Assembly (NCBI GenBank): GCA_963791045.1
Contig: CAWBQK010000002.1
Location: 74,235-138,234 of the forward strand
DNA length: 64,000 nucleotides
DNA from: Candidatus Latescibacterota bacterium
Lineage (GTDB): Bacteria; Krumholzibacteriota; Krumholzibacteriia; WVZY01
Reading direction: 5' to 3'
In this document: piece by piece, positions 29,763 to 39,921 of the stretch
Layout: every line of letters starts with the position of its first letter
Numbering within the stretch: position 1 is the stretch's first letter
Made by a program: the position numbers and the translations under genes
The notes under the pieces: model-generated
Seen by the model: only the letters and a program-made list of their open reading frames with translations
What the model was told of the DNA's origin: nothing
The model's database searches: none

Positions 29763-30479
29763 ATGTTACGACTAGGTGTAAATGTGGATCACGTTGCCAC
29801 CGTTCGCGAGGCCAGAAAGACCGTCGAGCCCGATCCCGTGGCGGCCGCCGTGGCTGTGGAGATGGCTGGAGCCGACCAGGTGACAATCCATCTGCGCGAG
29901 GACCGCCGGCACATTCAGAACCGCGACGCGCGTATCATCCGCGAGGTCGTCCAGACGGCAGTCAATCTCGAGATGGCCGCGACGGCCGAGATGCAGGAAA
30001 TCGCCCTGGCCCTCCACCCGGACTCGATCACCCTCGTTCCCGAAAAGCGTGAGGAAGTGACCACCGAGGGCGGTCTCGATCTCAAAAACGCCCCGCCGGC
30101 CGTCGGGGACCTGGTCACAACTCTAAAAGACGCTGGGATAAAAGCTTGCGCGTTTCTTGATCCGGATATCGACCAGATCCGGCAGGCGGCACACTTCCGT
30201 TTTGACGCGGTCGAGATCCACACGGGCTCATACGCCAACGCCCCGGGGAAGAAACAGGCAGAGGAACTCCAGAAAATAAAAGACGTTGCGGCGGCAATCC
30301 GCCATCTGGGGATGGGTGTCCACGCGGGTCACGGGCTCACCTATCACAATGTCGCGGCGATCGTCAAAATCCCGGAGATCACCGAGCTCAATATCGGCCA
30401 CTCGATCATTTCGAGAGCCATTTTTGTCGGCCTCGAACGGGCCACGAGAGACATGCTCAAAACCATGGGTCGGCTATAG
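29763..30479 (+). CDS. pdxJ: Pyridoxine 5'-phosphate synthase
   Basis: LGVNVDHVATVREAR, HLREDRRHI, VPEKREEVTTEGGLD, HAGHGL, ELNIGH. Confidence 0.96.
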   Translation: MLRLGVNVDHVATVREARKTVEPDPVAAAVAVEMAGADQVTIHLREDRRHIQNRDARIIREVVQTAVNLEMAATAEMQEIALALHPDSITLVPEKREEVTTEGGLDLKNAPPAVGDLVTTLKDAGIKACAFLDPDIDQIRQAAHFRFDAVEIHTGSYANAPGKKQAEELQKIKDVAAAIRHLGMGVHAGHGLTYHNVAAIVKIPEITELNIGHSIISRAIFVGLERATRDMLKTMGRL

Positions 30480-30503
30480 GTTCTTGTCTGAATGAGATTT
30501 CCG

Positions 30504-30531
30504 TTGACTCTGACCCGATAACTAGTATAAT
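30504..30531 (+). promoter_or_regulatory. Sigma70 promoter for secDF
   Basis: TTGACT-16nt-TATAAT. Confidence 0.55.
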
Positions 30532-30732
30532 TCTTTCTCTGTTTTAGTTGCTAATTTCTCACCCCGTTTCAAAGCAGAGCATTCCTTCTCAACTCGTGAG
30601 GAACTCTTAGCCGGTCGGGTTGTGGCCGGTGCGTCGCGGGTTTGTAAATGGATTAAGACCATGGGATCCGGCCCGATCCCGTGGATGGGTTGAGGTAGCC
30701 AGGGCACCGAAGTGAGGTCTCGAGGTTTATTT

Positions 30733-32466
30733 ATGAAAAAATGGAGATATATTTTTATCGTCGCGGTTCTGTTGTATAGCGCGTGGTCATTGATCCCGAC
30801 GATACGGTTCTACAGTATGTCCGAGGAAGCGCGCAATCAGCTCACTGCCGAACAAAAGGCCGGTTACGCCGATTCGGCGATCAAGCTTGGTCTTGACCTC
30901 CAGGGCGGTATGCATCTCGTCCTTGAGATTGATGACACGGAATTGGACGACGACGCGAAGAAAGATGCGCTCGACCGCGTCCTTCGAATTATCCGTAATC
31001 GCGTCGACCAGTTCGGAGTATCGGAACCGATCATCCAGAAGCAAGGGAGCAAGCGAATTATCGTCCAGCTTCCCGGGCTACAGGATGCCGAACGCGCCAA
31101 GAGCCTGATCGGGCAGACGGCGCTTCTCGAGTTCCGCCTCGTGCGCGAGCAAGACGATATCCGGCGAGTGATTCGCGATCTCGATCGCGCTCTCATGGGT
31201 GTTGAAATCAAGGGATCGGTCGTCGACACGACCGGCGCGGTAAACGATACGACATCGACGGCAAGCGCCGCGACCGATGTCGCCGCCGAGACTCCCGATG
31301 CGCCGATGGACACGACACTTGCCGCCGATATGCAGGAATCCACGGCTTTCGATTCGCTCATTCCGGATATTCCGGGGACCGAAGAACTCGAAGTTCCTCT
31401 CCAGGACATCGCAAAGGACCGGCCGTTCTCGTCATACCTAATGACGCTCTACAGCGGGGCCGCCGTTATCGATGAGAGAAACCGTGAGGCCGTCGACCTG
31501 CTTCTCAACACCGAGCAGGCCAAACGTGTAATACCAAGACAATCTGAATTTCTATGGGAGGCCGACGCCCGTCCGCTCGAGGGTGGCGGGATCGGTCGTC
31601 TTCTCTATTTGGTTGAGATTCGTCCGACACTTACCGGTAGCACACTCATCAACGCCACCACCCGTCCCGATCCGGACGATCCGAGTTCACTCAATGTGGC
31701 GTTCCAGCTCAACCGTGAAGGCGCGCTTATTTTCTCGCGCTTCACCGGTGAGAACATCGGCCGACAGATCGCGATCGTTCTCGACCGCCGTGTCAGTTCG
31801 GCGCCGGCCGTCCAGACAAAGATCCCGGGCGGAGACGGCCGGATCACAGGCAGCTTTACCGATGACGAGGCCAACGACCTCGCGATCGTTCTTCGCGCCG
31901 GTGCGCTTCCCGCGCCCGTCGAGATTATTGAAGAGCGAACGGTGGGTCCGACCCTCGGTCATGACTCGATCATCCTTGGGGTTCGAGCCGCGGTTATCGG
32001 GTTCATCCTCGTGATGATCTTTATGCTTATCTATTACAAACTATCCGGCCTGTTGGCGTGTGCGGCGCTTGTCGTTAACCTCGCCATCGTTCTTGCCGCA
32101 TTGGCCGTGCTCGGCGCCGCGCTCACGTTGCCCGGTATTGCGGGGTTGATTCTCACGATTGGTATGGCGGTTGATGCCAACGTGCTGATCTTCGAACGCA
32201 TCCGCGAAGAGTTGGCCAAGGCCAAGACGGTGCGAAGCGCCATCGACAGCGGTTACGATCGCGCGTTTACAACCATTCTCGACGCCAACCTTACCACATT
32301 GATCACCGCCTTCGTGTTGTGGCAGTTCGGCACAGGCCCCATCAAGGGTTTTGCGACGGTATTGAGTATCGGCATCATCGCGAGTATGTTCACCGCGCTC
32401 ATGTGCACGAGGGTCGTTTACCATATGATCACGTCGAAATGGTCACTCCGGAAATTGAGTATCTAG
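30733..32466 (+). CDS. secD: Protein translocase subunit SecD
   Basis: LGLDLQGG, RVDQFGVSEP, LRAGALPAP, GMAVDANVLIFERIREE. Confidence 0.96.
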   Translation: MKKWRYIFIVAVLLYSAWSLIPTIRFYSMSEEARNQLTAEQKAGYADSAIKLGLDLQGGMHLVLEIDDTELDDDAKKDALDRVLRIIRNRVDQFGVSEPIIQKQGSKRIIVQLPGLQDAERAKSLIGQTALLEFRLVREQDDIRRVIRDLDRALMGVEIKGSVVDTTGAVNDTTSTASAATDVAAETPDAPMDTTLAADMQESTAFDSLIPDIPGTEELEVPLQDIAKDRPFSSYLMTLYSGAAVIDERNREAVDLLLNTEQAKRVIPRQSEFLWEADARPLEGGGIGRLLYLVEIRPTLTGSTLINATTRPDPDDPSSLNVAFQLNREGALIFSRFTGENIGRQIAIVLDRRVSSAPAVQTKIPGGDGRITGSFTDDEANDLAIVLRAGALPAPVEIIEERTVGPTLGHDSIILGVRAAVIGFILVMIFMLIYYKLSGLLACAALVVNLAIVLAALAVLGAALTLPGIAGLILTIGMAVDANVLIFERIREELAKAKTVRSAIDSGYDRAFTTILDANLTTLITAFVLWQFGTGPIKGFATVLSIGIIASMFTALMCTRVVYHMITSKWSLRKLSI

Positions 32467-32485
32467 ACAAAGAGGATTTGAGACG

Positions 32486-33391
32486 ATGCAGTTTTTCAAG
32501 AGCCCGCATTTTAATTTTATCGGTGTACGGCGCAAGGTCATTCCCGTTTCGCTCATTCTGATTCTGATTGGGCTTGGGTCGGTTGCGATCCACAAAGGAT
32601 TCAACACGAGTATCGACTTTGCCGGTGGAACGCTCGTCGAGGTCCAGTTCGATCCAGCCGTGTCTCTTCCGGAAGTCCGCGATGTCATCGAAGGGGCCGG
32701 TTTCGCCGGCGCCGAGATCACCAACTTTGGCGGCGAACGCGAAGTTCTTATCAAGATCAAGGCTATTGGAGAGGCGGCCGAGGCGGCGCGCCAGATCGAG
32801 TCTACCCTCAAAGAATCATTTGCAAGCAATTCGATTGATGTCCGCCGCGTCGAGTCGGTCGGTCCCAAGATCGGCGGCGAGCTCAAGTCCGCCGCGTTCT
32901 GGGCGATCATCTATTCGCTCGCCGGTATCGTAGCCTATATTACCTGGCGGTTCGAGTTCCGGTTTGCCATTGCCGCGATCATCGCGCTCATCCATGACGT
33001 CCTCTTTACATTGGGTTTCTTCTCTCTTGCCAACCGGGAAATTTCGATTCCGGTCATCGCCGGTCTTCTCACAATTGTCGGGTACTCGTTAAACGATACG
33101 ATCGTGGTGTTCGACCGTATCCGCGAGAACCTTCATTCCCGGAAGCGCGAGGGATACGCGAACGTCGTCAATTCCTCGATCAACGAAACGCTCTCGCGAA
33201 CGGTCATCACATCGCTCACTACAATGATCGTGGTGCTGTGCCTGGTGGTAATCGGCGGGCCGGTTATCAGGGATTTCGCCCTGACGCTTCTCGTCGGTGT
33301 CGTCGTGGGTACGTATTCGTCGATATTTATCGCGAGTCCGGTGCTCGTCGAATGGGAAGAATTCCGCGTGAAACGCCGAAAACGCAAGTAG
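32486..33391 (+). CDS. secF: Protein translocase subunit SecF
   Basis: IDFAGG, VGPKIG, GYSLNDTIVVFDRIREN, GTYSSIFIA. Confidence 0.96.
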   Translation: MQFFKSPHFNFIGVRRKVIPVSLILILIGLGSVAIHKGFNTSIDFAGGTLVEVQFDPAVSLPEVRDVIEGAGFAGAEITNFGGEREVLIKIKAIGEAAEAARQIESTLKESFASNSIDVRRVESVGPKIGGELKSAAFWAIIYSLAGIVAYITWRFEFRFAIAAIIALIHDVLFTLGFFSLANREISIPVIAGLLTIVGYSLNDTIVVFDRIRENLHSRKREGYANVVNSSINETLSRTVITSLTTMIVVLCLVVIGGPVIRDFALTLLVGVVVGTYSSIFIASPVLVEWEEFRVKRRKRK

Positions 33392-33404
33392 TAGATCTAC
33401 TCCA

Positions 33405-33920
33405 GTGCTTCCAGTCGTTTACAAGATTCTCCTGGTTCTCCTCTACACCCTGATGGGGCTGTCGCTCTTGTCGACCGTCATTGGTGTGCCCGGCAATTGG
33501 ATCCTCGTCGGCGCCGCTTTTCTCGTCGGGCTCTTCACCGGTTTCTCCAAGATGACATTCGTTTACTTTCTCCTCTGCCTGGGGCTCGCCGTCCTTGGAG
33601 AGGTGATCGAGAGCCTCCTCGGCATCGTGATCGTGGCCAAGCGAGGCGGGAGCAAGCTAGGTGTAATCGGCTCGGTGCTTGGCGGTTTTGCGGGCGTGAT
33701 TCTCGGAAGCGGTATCGCCCCACCTCTTGGGAGCGTTATCTTTGGATTTGTCGGCGCGTTTTTTGGGGCGGTGTTCGGTGAGCTTCTCAAGAACCCCGAA
33801 ATGAATATCGCGCTCCGCGTCGGCTTCTGGTCGTTCGTCGGACGGATGGCGGCGATGGCCGCCAAGCTCTCCGTTGGGTGCGTGATCTTTTGGATCATCA
33901 TCACGACCACCTGGCCCTGA
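33405..33920 (+). CDS. DUF456-like membrane protein
   Basis: Gly-rich TM helices; VPGNW, AKRGGSK, GAFFGAVFGE. Confidence 0.7.
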   Translation: MLPVVYKILLVLLYTLMGLSLLSTVIGVPGNWILVGAAFLVGLFTGFSKMTFVYFLLCLGLAVLGEVIESLLGIVIVAKRGGSKLGVIGSVLGGFAGVILGSGIAPPLGSVIFGFVGAFFGAVFGELLKNPEMNIALRVGFWSFVGRMAAMAAKLSVGCVIFWIIITTTWP

Positions 33921-34012
33921 TTTCGTCCTTTTTTTGCTACACACAGACCAAAATCATGGACACTTTTGAGGGTGGGATTTGTGTAACTCCTTTGTTATCA
34001 ATGGCAGGGGCA

Positions 34013-34027
34013 TGGCACGGGGATTGC
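34013..34027 (+). promoter_or_regulatory. Sigma54 (-24/-12) promoter
   Basis: TGGCAC-GGGGA-TTGC, an exact consensus match 46 nt upstream of the ATG at 34074. Confidence 0.75.
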
Positions 34028-34073
34028 CAATTTATACCTGATTAGGCTAACTGCCCCTAAGGGTCATGTTGTT

Positions 34074-34628
34074 ATGATAAAAACGGTCATTGTTGGAGTA
34101 ACGCTCGTATTTCTAGCGGTTTGGGCTATTGGCACACCTGCATCCGCCACTCTCCGATCCTCGTCTAACGACAAATCCAAAAAGAAAACACTGAACCAGG
34201 ACCAGGTCAAAGACACCAAAGATACCGAGGTCAAAAAAGCGCCCGACGGGGAAGCCCAGTCGGGGCCGATTCTGGTGTTTGCCGACATAGAGGCAGGATG
34301 GAACAAGGAGCAGGTCGAGAGCATCCTTCAGCATTACGGCAAGGGCAAGGTGGCGATCGCCATCGAGGGTAGCGGCCCGACGGGCGGGAAGTTCAGCCGC
34401 AATCAGAGCTACTATCTGCTCAAGGATCTTTTTACCTATACGATCACGGAGAAATTCGAATTCGTCCAGTACCGGCATGTTTCCGACGGAGAAGATGATG
34501 TGTACGCCGTCGCGGAGCGCGAGTACAAACGAAACGACGATGGGCGGACATTCAAGGATAAGATTTATGTGTCCCTCCATGTCGAAGATGATCGTTGGGT
34601 TATTAGTGAAATCAAATCCGTCCGCTAG
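34074..34628 (+). CDS. Secreted DUF4783-like (NTF2-like) protein
   Basis: Signal peptide; GKFSRNQSYYLLKDLF and WVISEI resemble DUF4783. Confidence 0.55.
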   Translation: MIKTVIVGVTLVFLAVWAIGTPASATLRSSSNDKSKKKTLNQDQVKDTKDTEVKKAPDGEAQSGPILVFADIEAGWNKEQVESILQHYGKGKVAIAIEGSGPTGGKFSRNQSYYLLKDLFTYTITEKFEFVQYRHVSDGEDDVYAVAEREYKRNDDGRTFKDKIYVSLHVEDDRWVISEIKSVR

Positions 34629-34779
34629 CTCCTCTTCTCACACAACACCAGCCTGTTTTCTGGTATCCTGTTTGGCAGCTTGAGGTAACCTGGAGAATCC
34701 GCTCTCGTGTTTTTGCGGATCTGACGTCTAAAGCGCTCTGATGCGCTGGCGTTTTAGTTTTTGGGGCTCGATCCAATAC

Positions 34780-37700
34780 ATGCGGACACCACTCAATAGA
34801 AAAAACGCCGCGAGAAAGAACGTCGCGCTTGCCGTATCACTCCTTGCATGGGTGATACTTTTTGTGCGTCAGTATCTTCAGCCGGAGTACATCGCGTGGC
34901 TCTCGCCACTCGTTCCGGCTCTTCTCGCTGTCCTCGCCCTGGTCCTGATTGTCCCCGTGGCGTATCCCACACGTCTCAAGGCGCCCGTCGTGCTTGTGTC
35001 CGTCCTGACAGTAATTGCGGGGCTGCTGCTTCTCGGCATACGCGACAAGAGCGAATCGCTCGAGTACGAGTGGAACGCAAACACAACACTAGAGATCGGT
35101 TCGACTCTCGACGCCGTGGGAAAGCGGATACAAGATCTTCTCGACGTATCGACTACGATAGGCGAGGACGTGACGACGTTTGTTCGCGGCGATTTGACCG
35201 TGGCGGATGCCGATACGATGGGCCTCCGCCTCGACGCCTTCGATATGCTCGGGGCGCTCTCCGAGCGGATCAAAAAACAAAAACTTCTGCCCGCCGGCAC
35301 CGAGATAGGGATTCAGCTTTTTGACGCTTCCGGCAAACGAACGGCCTGGGCGGGGTGGCCGCAGCAACTCGATTCGCGCGATATGACGTTTGTTGCGAGT
35401 GGCAGTGAGCATGTCTACTCGCGCCAGATTTCGCTCTACCGGATATTGACCCACGTCATTCCGGTCTATCCCGCTTCCCCCGGCGATGCCGGCCGCGACG
35501 ATGAAGATCCCGAGGCCCTGGTGGCGACGATCGTCGTCGATATGCCGCTCGAGGTGAATTACAAGGTCAACAACAAGTTCTTGAACAGCACGAGTCTTGC
35601 CGACGACATCGCCCGTGGGAGCGCGGCAAACATCCGATTTGATTATCCGCCGCCGACACTGAGTCTTCCGGAGAACGCCGGATCCTCGGTGCGGGAACCC
35701 GTTACCGCGGAACGAATCGGTGAAATCAGCGGAAACGAATCGGTCGGACTCAACGGCCGTGCCGCGATTCGAAGTCCGCACTCCAACCCTCTCTTCAATG
35801 CGACCGTCTACAGTCCGCCGTTCGATCATTTCGTCGATGGGAGAAACAAACGATTTGTCATATTCGCCGACCTCGCGGTTCTTCTGGCGCTGCTGATTCT
35901 GTTCGGCACATCTCTCAAGAATTTCTCCTCCCGGCTGGTGGGACCCGGAAATGTTCTCAAGGCGGCGTACCTCGTCGCCGTGTTTGCTCTGATCCGTTAT
36001 TCACTCCTCTGGCTCCAGCCGGGGCTGTTTGCTTCCCAGGCGGATATGTTCGAACCGGCGGTGTTCGCTACGCCGATTCTTGGCGGGTTGATGCGAAGCG
36101 CCGGGGACCTCTTCATCACTTCGGTATTTTTTGTCGTTGCGTTGTACGGTGTGCTCAAGATCACACGCGAACGCAAAACTCCCGCCGGAGAGACTGCGGG
36201 GAACCCACCCGGGTATCTTTTTCTTATTAAAGGCGCGTTTGCCGGCGCGTTCGCGATGGGTGTATTTGAACTGGCGCGGCGGTTTATCGGCAGTGTTGTT
36301 ACAAATGCCAACCCGCGGTTGGTGGGGGAGACAATTTCTATTTTTGACACGACGGTTGCCGTGCTCCACCTGAGCGCGTTTCTCATGGTCGCCGGAATTT
36401 TTCTCGCGGGAATGATCTTTGTCTGGGGTGTCTACCGTCTCAAGGGGCGCGCCGACACCGGGAGGGCATCGGTAGTCGCCTCGGTGGTCGTGATCGTTGT
36501 TTCACTCGTACTATTTCGAATCGACCTCGCCGTTATCTCACTCCTTGTTCTCTTATTCATGGTGTTCGCTCCGCGTATCGTCCAGCGGGAAGACCTGGTG
36601 TCGATTGTTACCGTTGCGTTTGGTTTTGTCATCATCGTTTCGGCGGCGGCGTATGTGTTCTTCAACGATGAATACCAGGAATTGAGACGTACGTTTATCC
36701 AGGAGAAAGTCGCCGAGGTCACCGATCCGTCGGACAACTGGAAGGTGTTTATCCTCGAAGACATTCTAGAGACGTTGTCCCAGGATATTTCGATACGCAG
36801 GGCGCTCCGGGACCCATACGAAACAAACCTGCAACGGCTTGCGTTCGACCTGTGGGCGGAAAGCTCGCTGAGTCTTCTGGGGTACAGTTGTTCGATCAAC
36901 GTGTTCGACGAGGCGGATAGCATTGTGAGCCGCTTTGCCGTCGAGATGCCGTATCGAATCCGTTCCGGCGAGGTTCACGAGCGGCTCGAGACGCCATCGA
37001 CTCAACAATGGGTCGTTTTTGACCTGACGACACAAACGCCGCAAGGCGCGGTTCGATTCTATCGGGGAATCGTGAACCTCGAGGATTATCTGCTGAACTC
37101 CAATGGCGTCGCTCTGCGTATTCCGATTGGAAAGATCGTCGTCGACATCCCGTTTTATTTTGAAAGCCTGGTGTGGGCGGCACGGACCGGACCCCAGACA
37201 CCCGAGGTGCTGCGCAACGTTCAGGAAGGCGGGATCGCACCGCGACTCGAGGAAACCGAGGCGCTCCTTCTCGCACGCCTTCGCGGTTCGCGTGTCTTCG
37301 AGTCGTCGAGCGAGTATCTGCCCGTGGGGTACACGTTCGATCCAGGCGCGCTTGAGCGCGCCGCGAACCTGGGCTGGCCGTTATTGAAAACCGGTGGGAT
37401 GACGTACAGGTTTCTTTCTCACCAGACCGACCCGAACGGCACCCAGCTCGTTGCGGGATTCCGCGTGCCGTCTCCCGCACAGCATCTGCTCCGTTGGTCG
37501 ACGGTCCTGTCGTTGTACTTCGCCTTTACCGTGACGCTGATTATTTTGATCATCGTGTTGAAACAGCTTCCGTTTCTCAGCAGGGTGCTGCCAACGCTTA
37601 CACCCGGGCGGCAGTTTGGATTTCAACAAAAACTCCTGGGTTCGTTTTTGGTCGTCGCGCTTCTTCCTGCCGTGATCCTCGGTGTGTTCTCGGTTCGGCT

Positions 37701-39777
37701 CATGAAGGACCGGTTCGTCGAAGAAAACAACAACGAGGCCGTGTTCCGGTCGAACAGCGCGGAGAAAGCGCTTTCCAGGCTCATTGTCGATGAACGGGAT
37801 ACCATTCTCGAACATTACGATACGGAGTCGCTCATCGCTGGAGATCTCCCGTCGTTCTGGTCGTACGATACATCGCGCCAACTCCTGGTGTGGGTCGAGT
37901 CGGCGACTCCGGCTGTGGAAACGGATATTCTCCCCGGCGTCAACGATGGTGGGGGTGGTGCGTTCGATGGTGATTACGCGGGCGAGGATTCGACCGTGAG
38001 CGCCACGGATGTGGGTCAGGATGGTAATTTAAACTTGGGCAATATTGTCCGACGGGTTTCGCCCAACCAGGCCTTTGTTCATTTCAATGGTGGCCGTCCG
38101 TATCTTGGCGTCGTGACCGAGCCGTTCACACTTGTGATTGATGGCGAGATGAAAAACTGTGTCGTTTATTTTGCACGGCTCGTAAACGCCGATCTTCTCG
38201 GCGAGGTTTCGGATCAGGTCGGCGCCGATGTCAACTTGTACGAGGGTGGAGAGCTGGTGGGAACGAGCCGAGAAGGATTGTTGTCCGGTGGCTTTATCAG
38301 TTCGATGATGAATGCCGACGCGTTTATGAAAGTATCGATGATGGGTGTCGATCAGTCGCTCGCCACCGAACAGGCGGGTCGATACCGCTACCAGGTGGCA
38401 TACGTTCCGGTGCCGAGCCTCGATCCTTCGGCGAACGCGGCCATCGGCGTGCCGCTCCTCTTCAGGCCGGAGTCATACACCGTTGAGGTCGAAAAGGCGA
38501 CGTCGGTGGTCTTGAGTCTTTTCGCACTGCTTTGCGCGGCGACAATCGGCCTCGGCCTTCTTCTCGCACGCGGGATCTTCGAGCCGTTGAAGGGTCTCCT
38601 CGAGGGGACGCGACGGATCGCGCGCGGCGATTTTTCGTTTACTTTGCCGTCAACCAGGCGTGATGAAATTGGCGCGGTGGTCGAGGCCTTCAATGAAATG
38701 ACCCACCAGGTGTCGCACTCGCAAGCAGCGCTCGAGGAGCGGCGGCGGTATCTCGAGGTGATTCTCGTCAACATCGCGGCCGGCGTTATCAGTACCGACT
38801 CAGACGATCACGTGCGTGCGGTCAACGAGGCGGCGGAGCGTATTCTTGGTGTACGCGGCGACGATCTCGTCGGCAAAACGGTTGACGATCTTGTCGACGC
38901 CGATGTCCAGCCCGACTTCTTCAAGCGGTTCCGGGACAGCGCCCCCGACGGCTCGCCCGTCGTGTCGTCCGAAGTCGATGTGGTCATGGGCGGACACAAG
39001 CGAACTATCAAATACATGCGCACGGGGATGAGCACCGAGGGGCGTTACCTCGGGACGGTGATCGTGTTCGAAGACCTCACCGAGCTCATCAACTCCAAAA
39101 AACTCTCCGCGTGGGTCGAGATGGCGCGACAGATTGCACACGAAATCAAAAACCCGCTCACTCCCATCAAACTCTCCACGCAATTCATGGTCCGTGCGCA
39201 CCAAGAGAAGTCAGAAGACTTCGACAAGATCTTCACCGAAAGCTCGGAGACGATCATCCAGCAGGTCGATGTGTTGCGCAATATTGCGAGTGAGTTCTCG
39301 AGCTTTGGACGCTTGCAGCAGCTCGATCTCTCCGTCAAACGTATCGTCCCGCTTGTCGAAGATATCGTCGCGCCGTATCGCCGAAACGCGTCGGGGGTAG
39401 GGGTCGCATTTGATGTGTCGTCGCGCGACCTCGAAGCGCTCATTGACCCCGAGGCTTTGCGGAAGATCTGCACCAATCTTATCGAGAACGCGATGGAAGC
39501 GATGCCCCAGGGCGGCGGGCTTCGTGTCCTCTGTGACGAGGTCCCGTATGACGGCGGCAAAATGGTTCGGGTGTCGGTGAGCGATACCGGGCCGGGGCTG
39601 AGTGACGACGTGCAGGACCGCCTCTTCGAGCCGTACTTTTCTACAAAAACGACCGGCACCGGTCTCGGGCTTGCTATTTGCCGAAGCCTCTCGCGCGAAA
39701 TGGGCGGCGAGGTCACTGTCGAGAGCGGCTCCAGCGGCGTCGGTGTCGAGGCCACGCTTTATCTCAAACCAGCTTGA
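34780..39777 (+). CDS. Very large multi-TM sensor histidine kinase (HAMP-PAS-HisKA-HATPase, NtrY-like)
   Basis: AWVEMARQIAHEIKNPLTPI H-box, NLIENA, DTGPG, FEPYFSTK.TGTGLGL. Confidence 0.9.
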   Translation: MRTPLNRKNAARKNVALAVSLLAWVILFVRQYLQPEYIAWLSPLVPALLAVLALVLIVPVAYPTRLKAPVVLVSVLTVIAGLLLLGIRDKSESLEYEWNANTTLEIGSTLDAVGKRIQDLLDVSTTIGEDVTTFVRGDLTVADADTMGLRLDAFDMLGALSERIKKQKLLPAGTEIGIQLFDASGKRTAWAGWPQQLDSRDMTFVASGSEHVYSRQISLYRILTHVIPVYPASPGDAGRDDEDPEALVATIVVDMPLEVNYKVNNKFLNSTSLADDIARGSAANIRFDYPPPTLSLPENAGSSVREPVTAERIGEISGNESVGLNGRAAIRSPHSNPLFNATVYSPPFDHFVDGRNKRFVIFADLAVLLALLILFGTSLKNFSSRLVGPGNVLKAAYLVAVFALIRYSLLWLQPGLFASQADMFEPAVFATPILGGLMRSAGDLFITSVFFVVALYGVLKITRERKTPAGETAGNPPGYLFLIKGAFAGAFAMGVFELARRFIGSVVTNANPRLVGETISIFDTTVAVLHLSAFLMVAGIFLAGMIFVWGVYRLKGRADTGRASVVASVVVIVVSLVLFRIDLAVISLLVLLFMVFAPRIVQREDLVSIVTVAFGFVIIVSAAAYVFFNDEYQELRRTFIQEKVAEVTDPSDNWKVFILEDILETLSQDISIRRALRDPYETNLQRLAFDLWAESSLSLLGYSCSINVFDEADSIVSRFAVEMPYRIRSGEVHERLETPSTQQWVVFDLTTQTPQGAVRFYRGIVNLEDYLLNSNGVALRIPIGKIVVDIPFYFESLVWAARTGPQTPEVLRNVQEGGIAPRLEETEALLLARLRGSRVFESSSEYLPVGYTFDPGALERAANLGWPLLKTGGMTYRFLSHQTDPNGTQLVAGFRVPSPAQHLLRWSTVLSLYFAFTVTLIILIIVLKQLPFLSRVLPTLTPGRQFGFQQKLLGSFLVVALLPAVILGVFSVRLMKDRFVEENNNEAVFRSNSAEKALSRLIVDERDTILEHYDTESLIAGDLPSFWSYDTSRQLLVWVESATPAVETDILPGVNDGGGGAFDGDYAGEDSTVSATDVGQDGNLNLGNIVRRVSPNQAFVHFNGGRPYLGVVTEPFTLVIDGEMKNCVVYFARLVNADLLGEVSDQVGADVNLYEGGELVGTSREGLLSGGFISSMMNADAFMKVSMMGVDQSLATEQAGRYRYQVAYVPVPSLDPSANAAIGVPLLFRPESYTVEVEKATSVVLSLFALLCAATIGLGLLLARGIFEPLKGLLEGTRRIARGDFSFTLPSTRRDEIGAVVEAFNEMTHQVSHSQAALEERRRYLEVILVNIAAGVISTDSDDHVRAVNEAAERILGVRGDDLVGKTVDDLVDADVQPDFFKRFRDSAPDGSPVVSSEVDVVMGGHKRTIKYMRTGMSTEGRYLGTVIVFEDLTELINSKKLSAWVEMARQIAHEIKNPLTPIKLSTQFMVRAHQEKSEDFDKIFTESSETIIQQVDVLRNIASEFSSFGRLQQLDLSVKRIVPLVEDIVAPYRRNASGVGVAFDVSSRDLEALIDPEALRKICTNLIENAMEAMPQGGGLRVLCDEVPYDGGKMVRVSVSDTGPGLSDDVQDRLFEPYFSTKTTGTGLGLAICRSLSREMGGEVTVESGSSGVGVEATLYLKPA

Positions 39778-39816
39778 TCCGTCTGCACGCCTTCCCGCCC
39801 GCTGGGGACGGTTGAT

Positions 39817-39913
39817 CCATGCCTGCAACCTGCGGGGAACTCGTCAGACACAAAATCGATTTCTTAAGCGGACAGTCTCGATGGTTTTGTTGTCCCGCAC
39901 CGGCAGGCCATGG
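39817..39913. other. Long imperfect hairpin between the convergent kinase and HNH genes
   Basis: CCATGCCTGC..TGCGGG..ACAAAATCGA pairs with TCGA..TTTTGT..CCCGCA..GCAGGCCATGG. Confidence 0.5.
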
Positions 39914-39921
39914 TTCCACAT

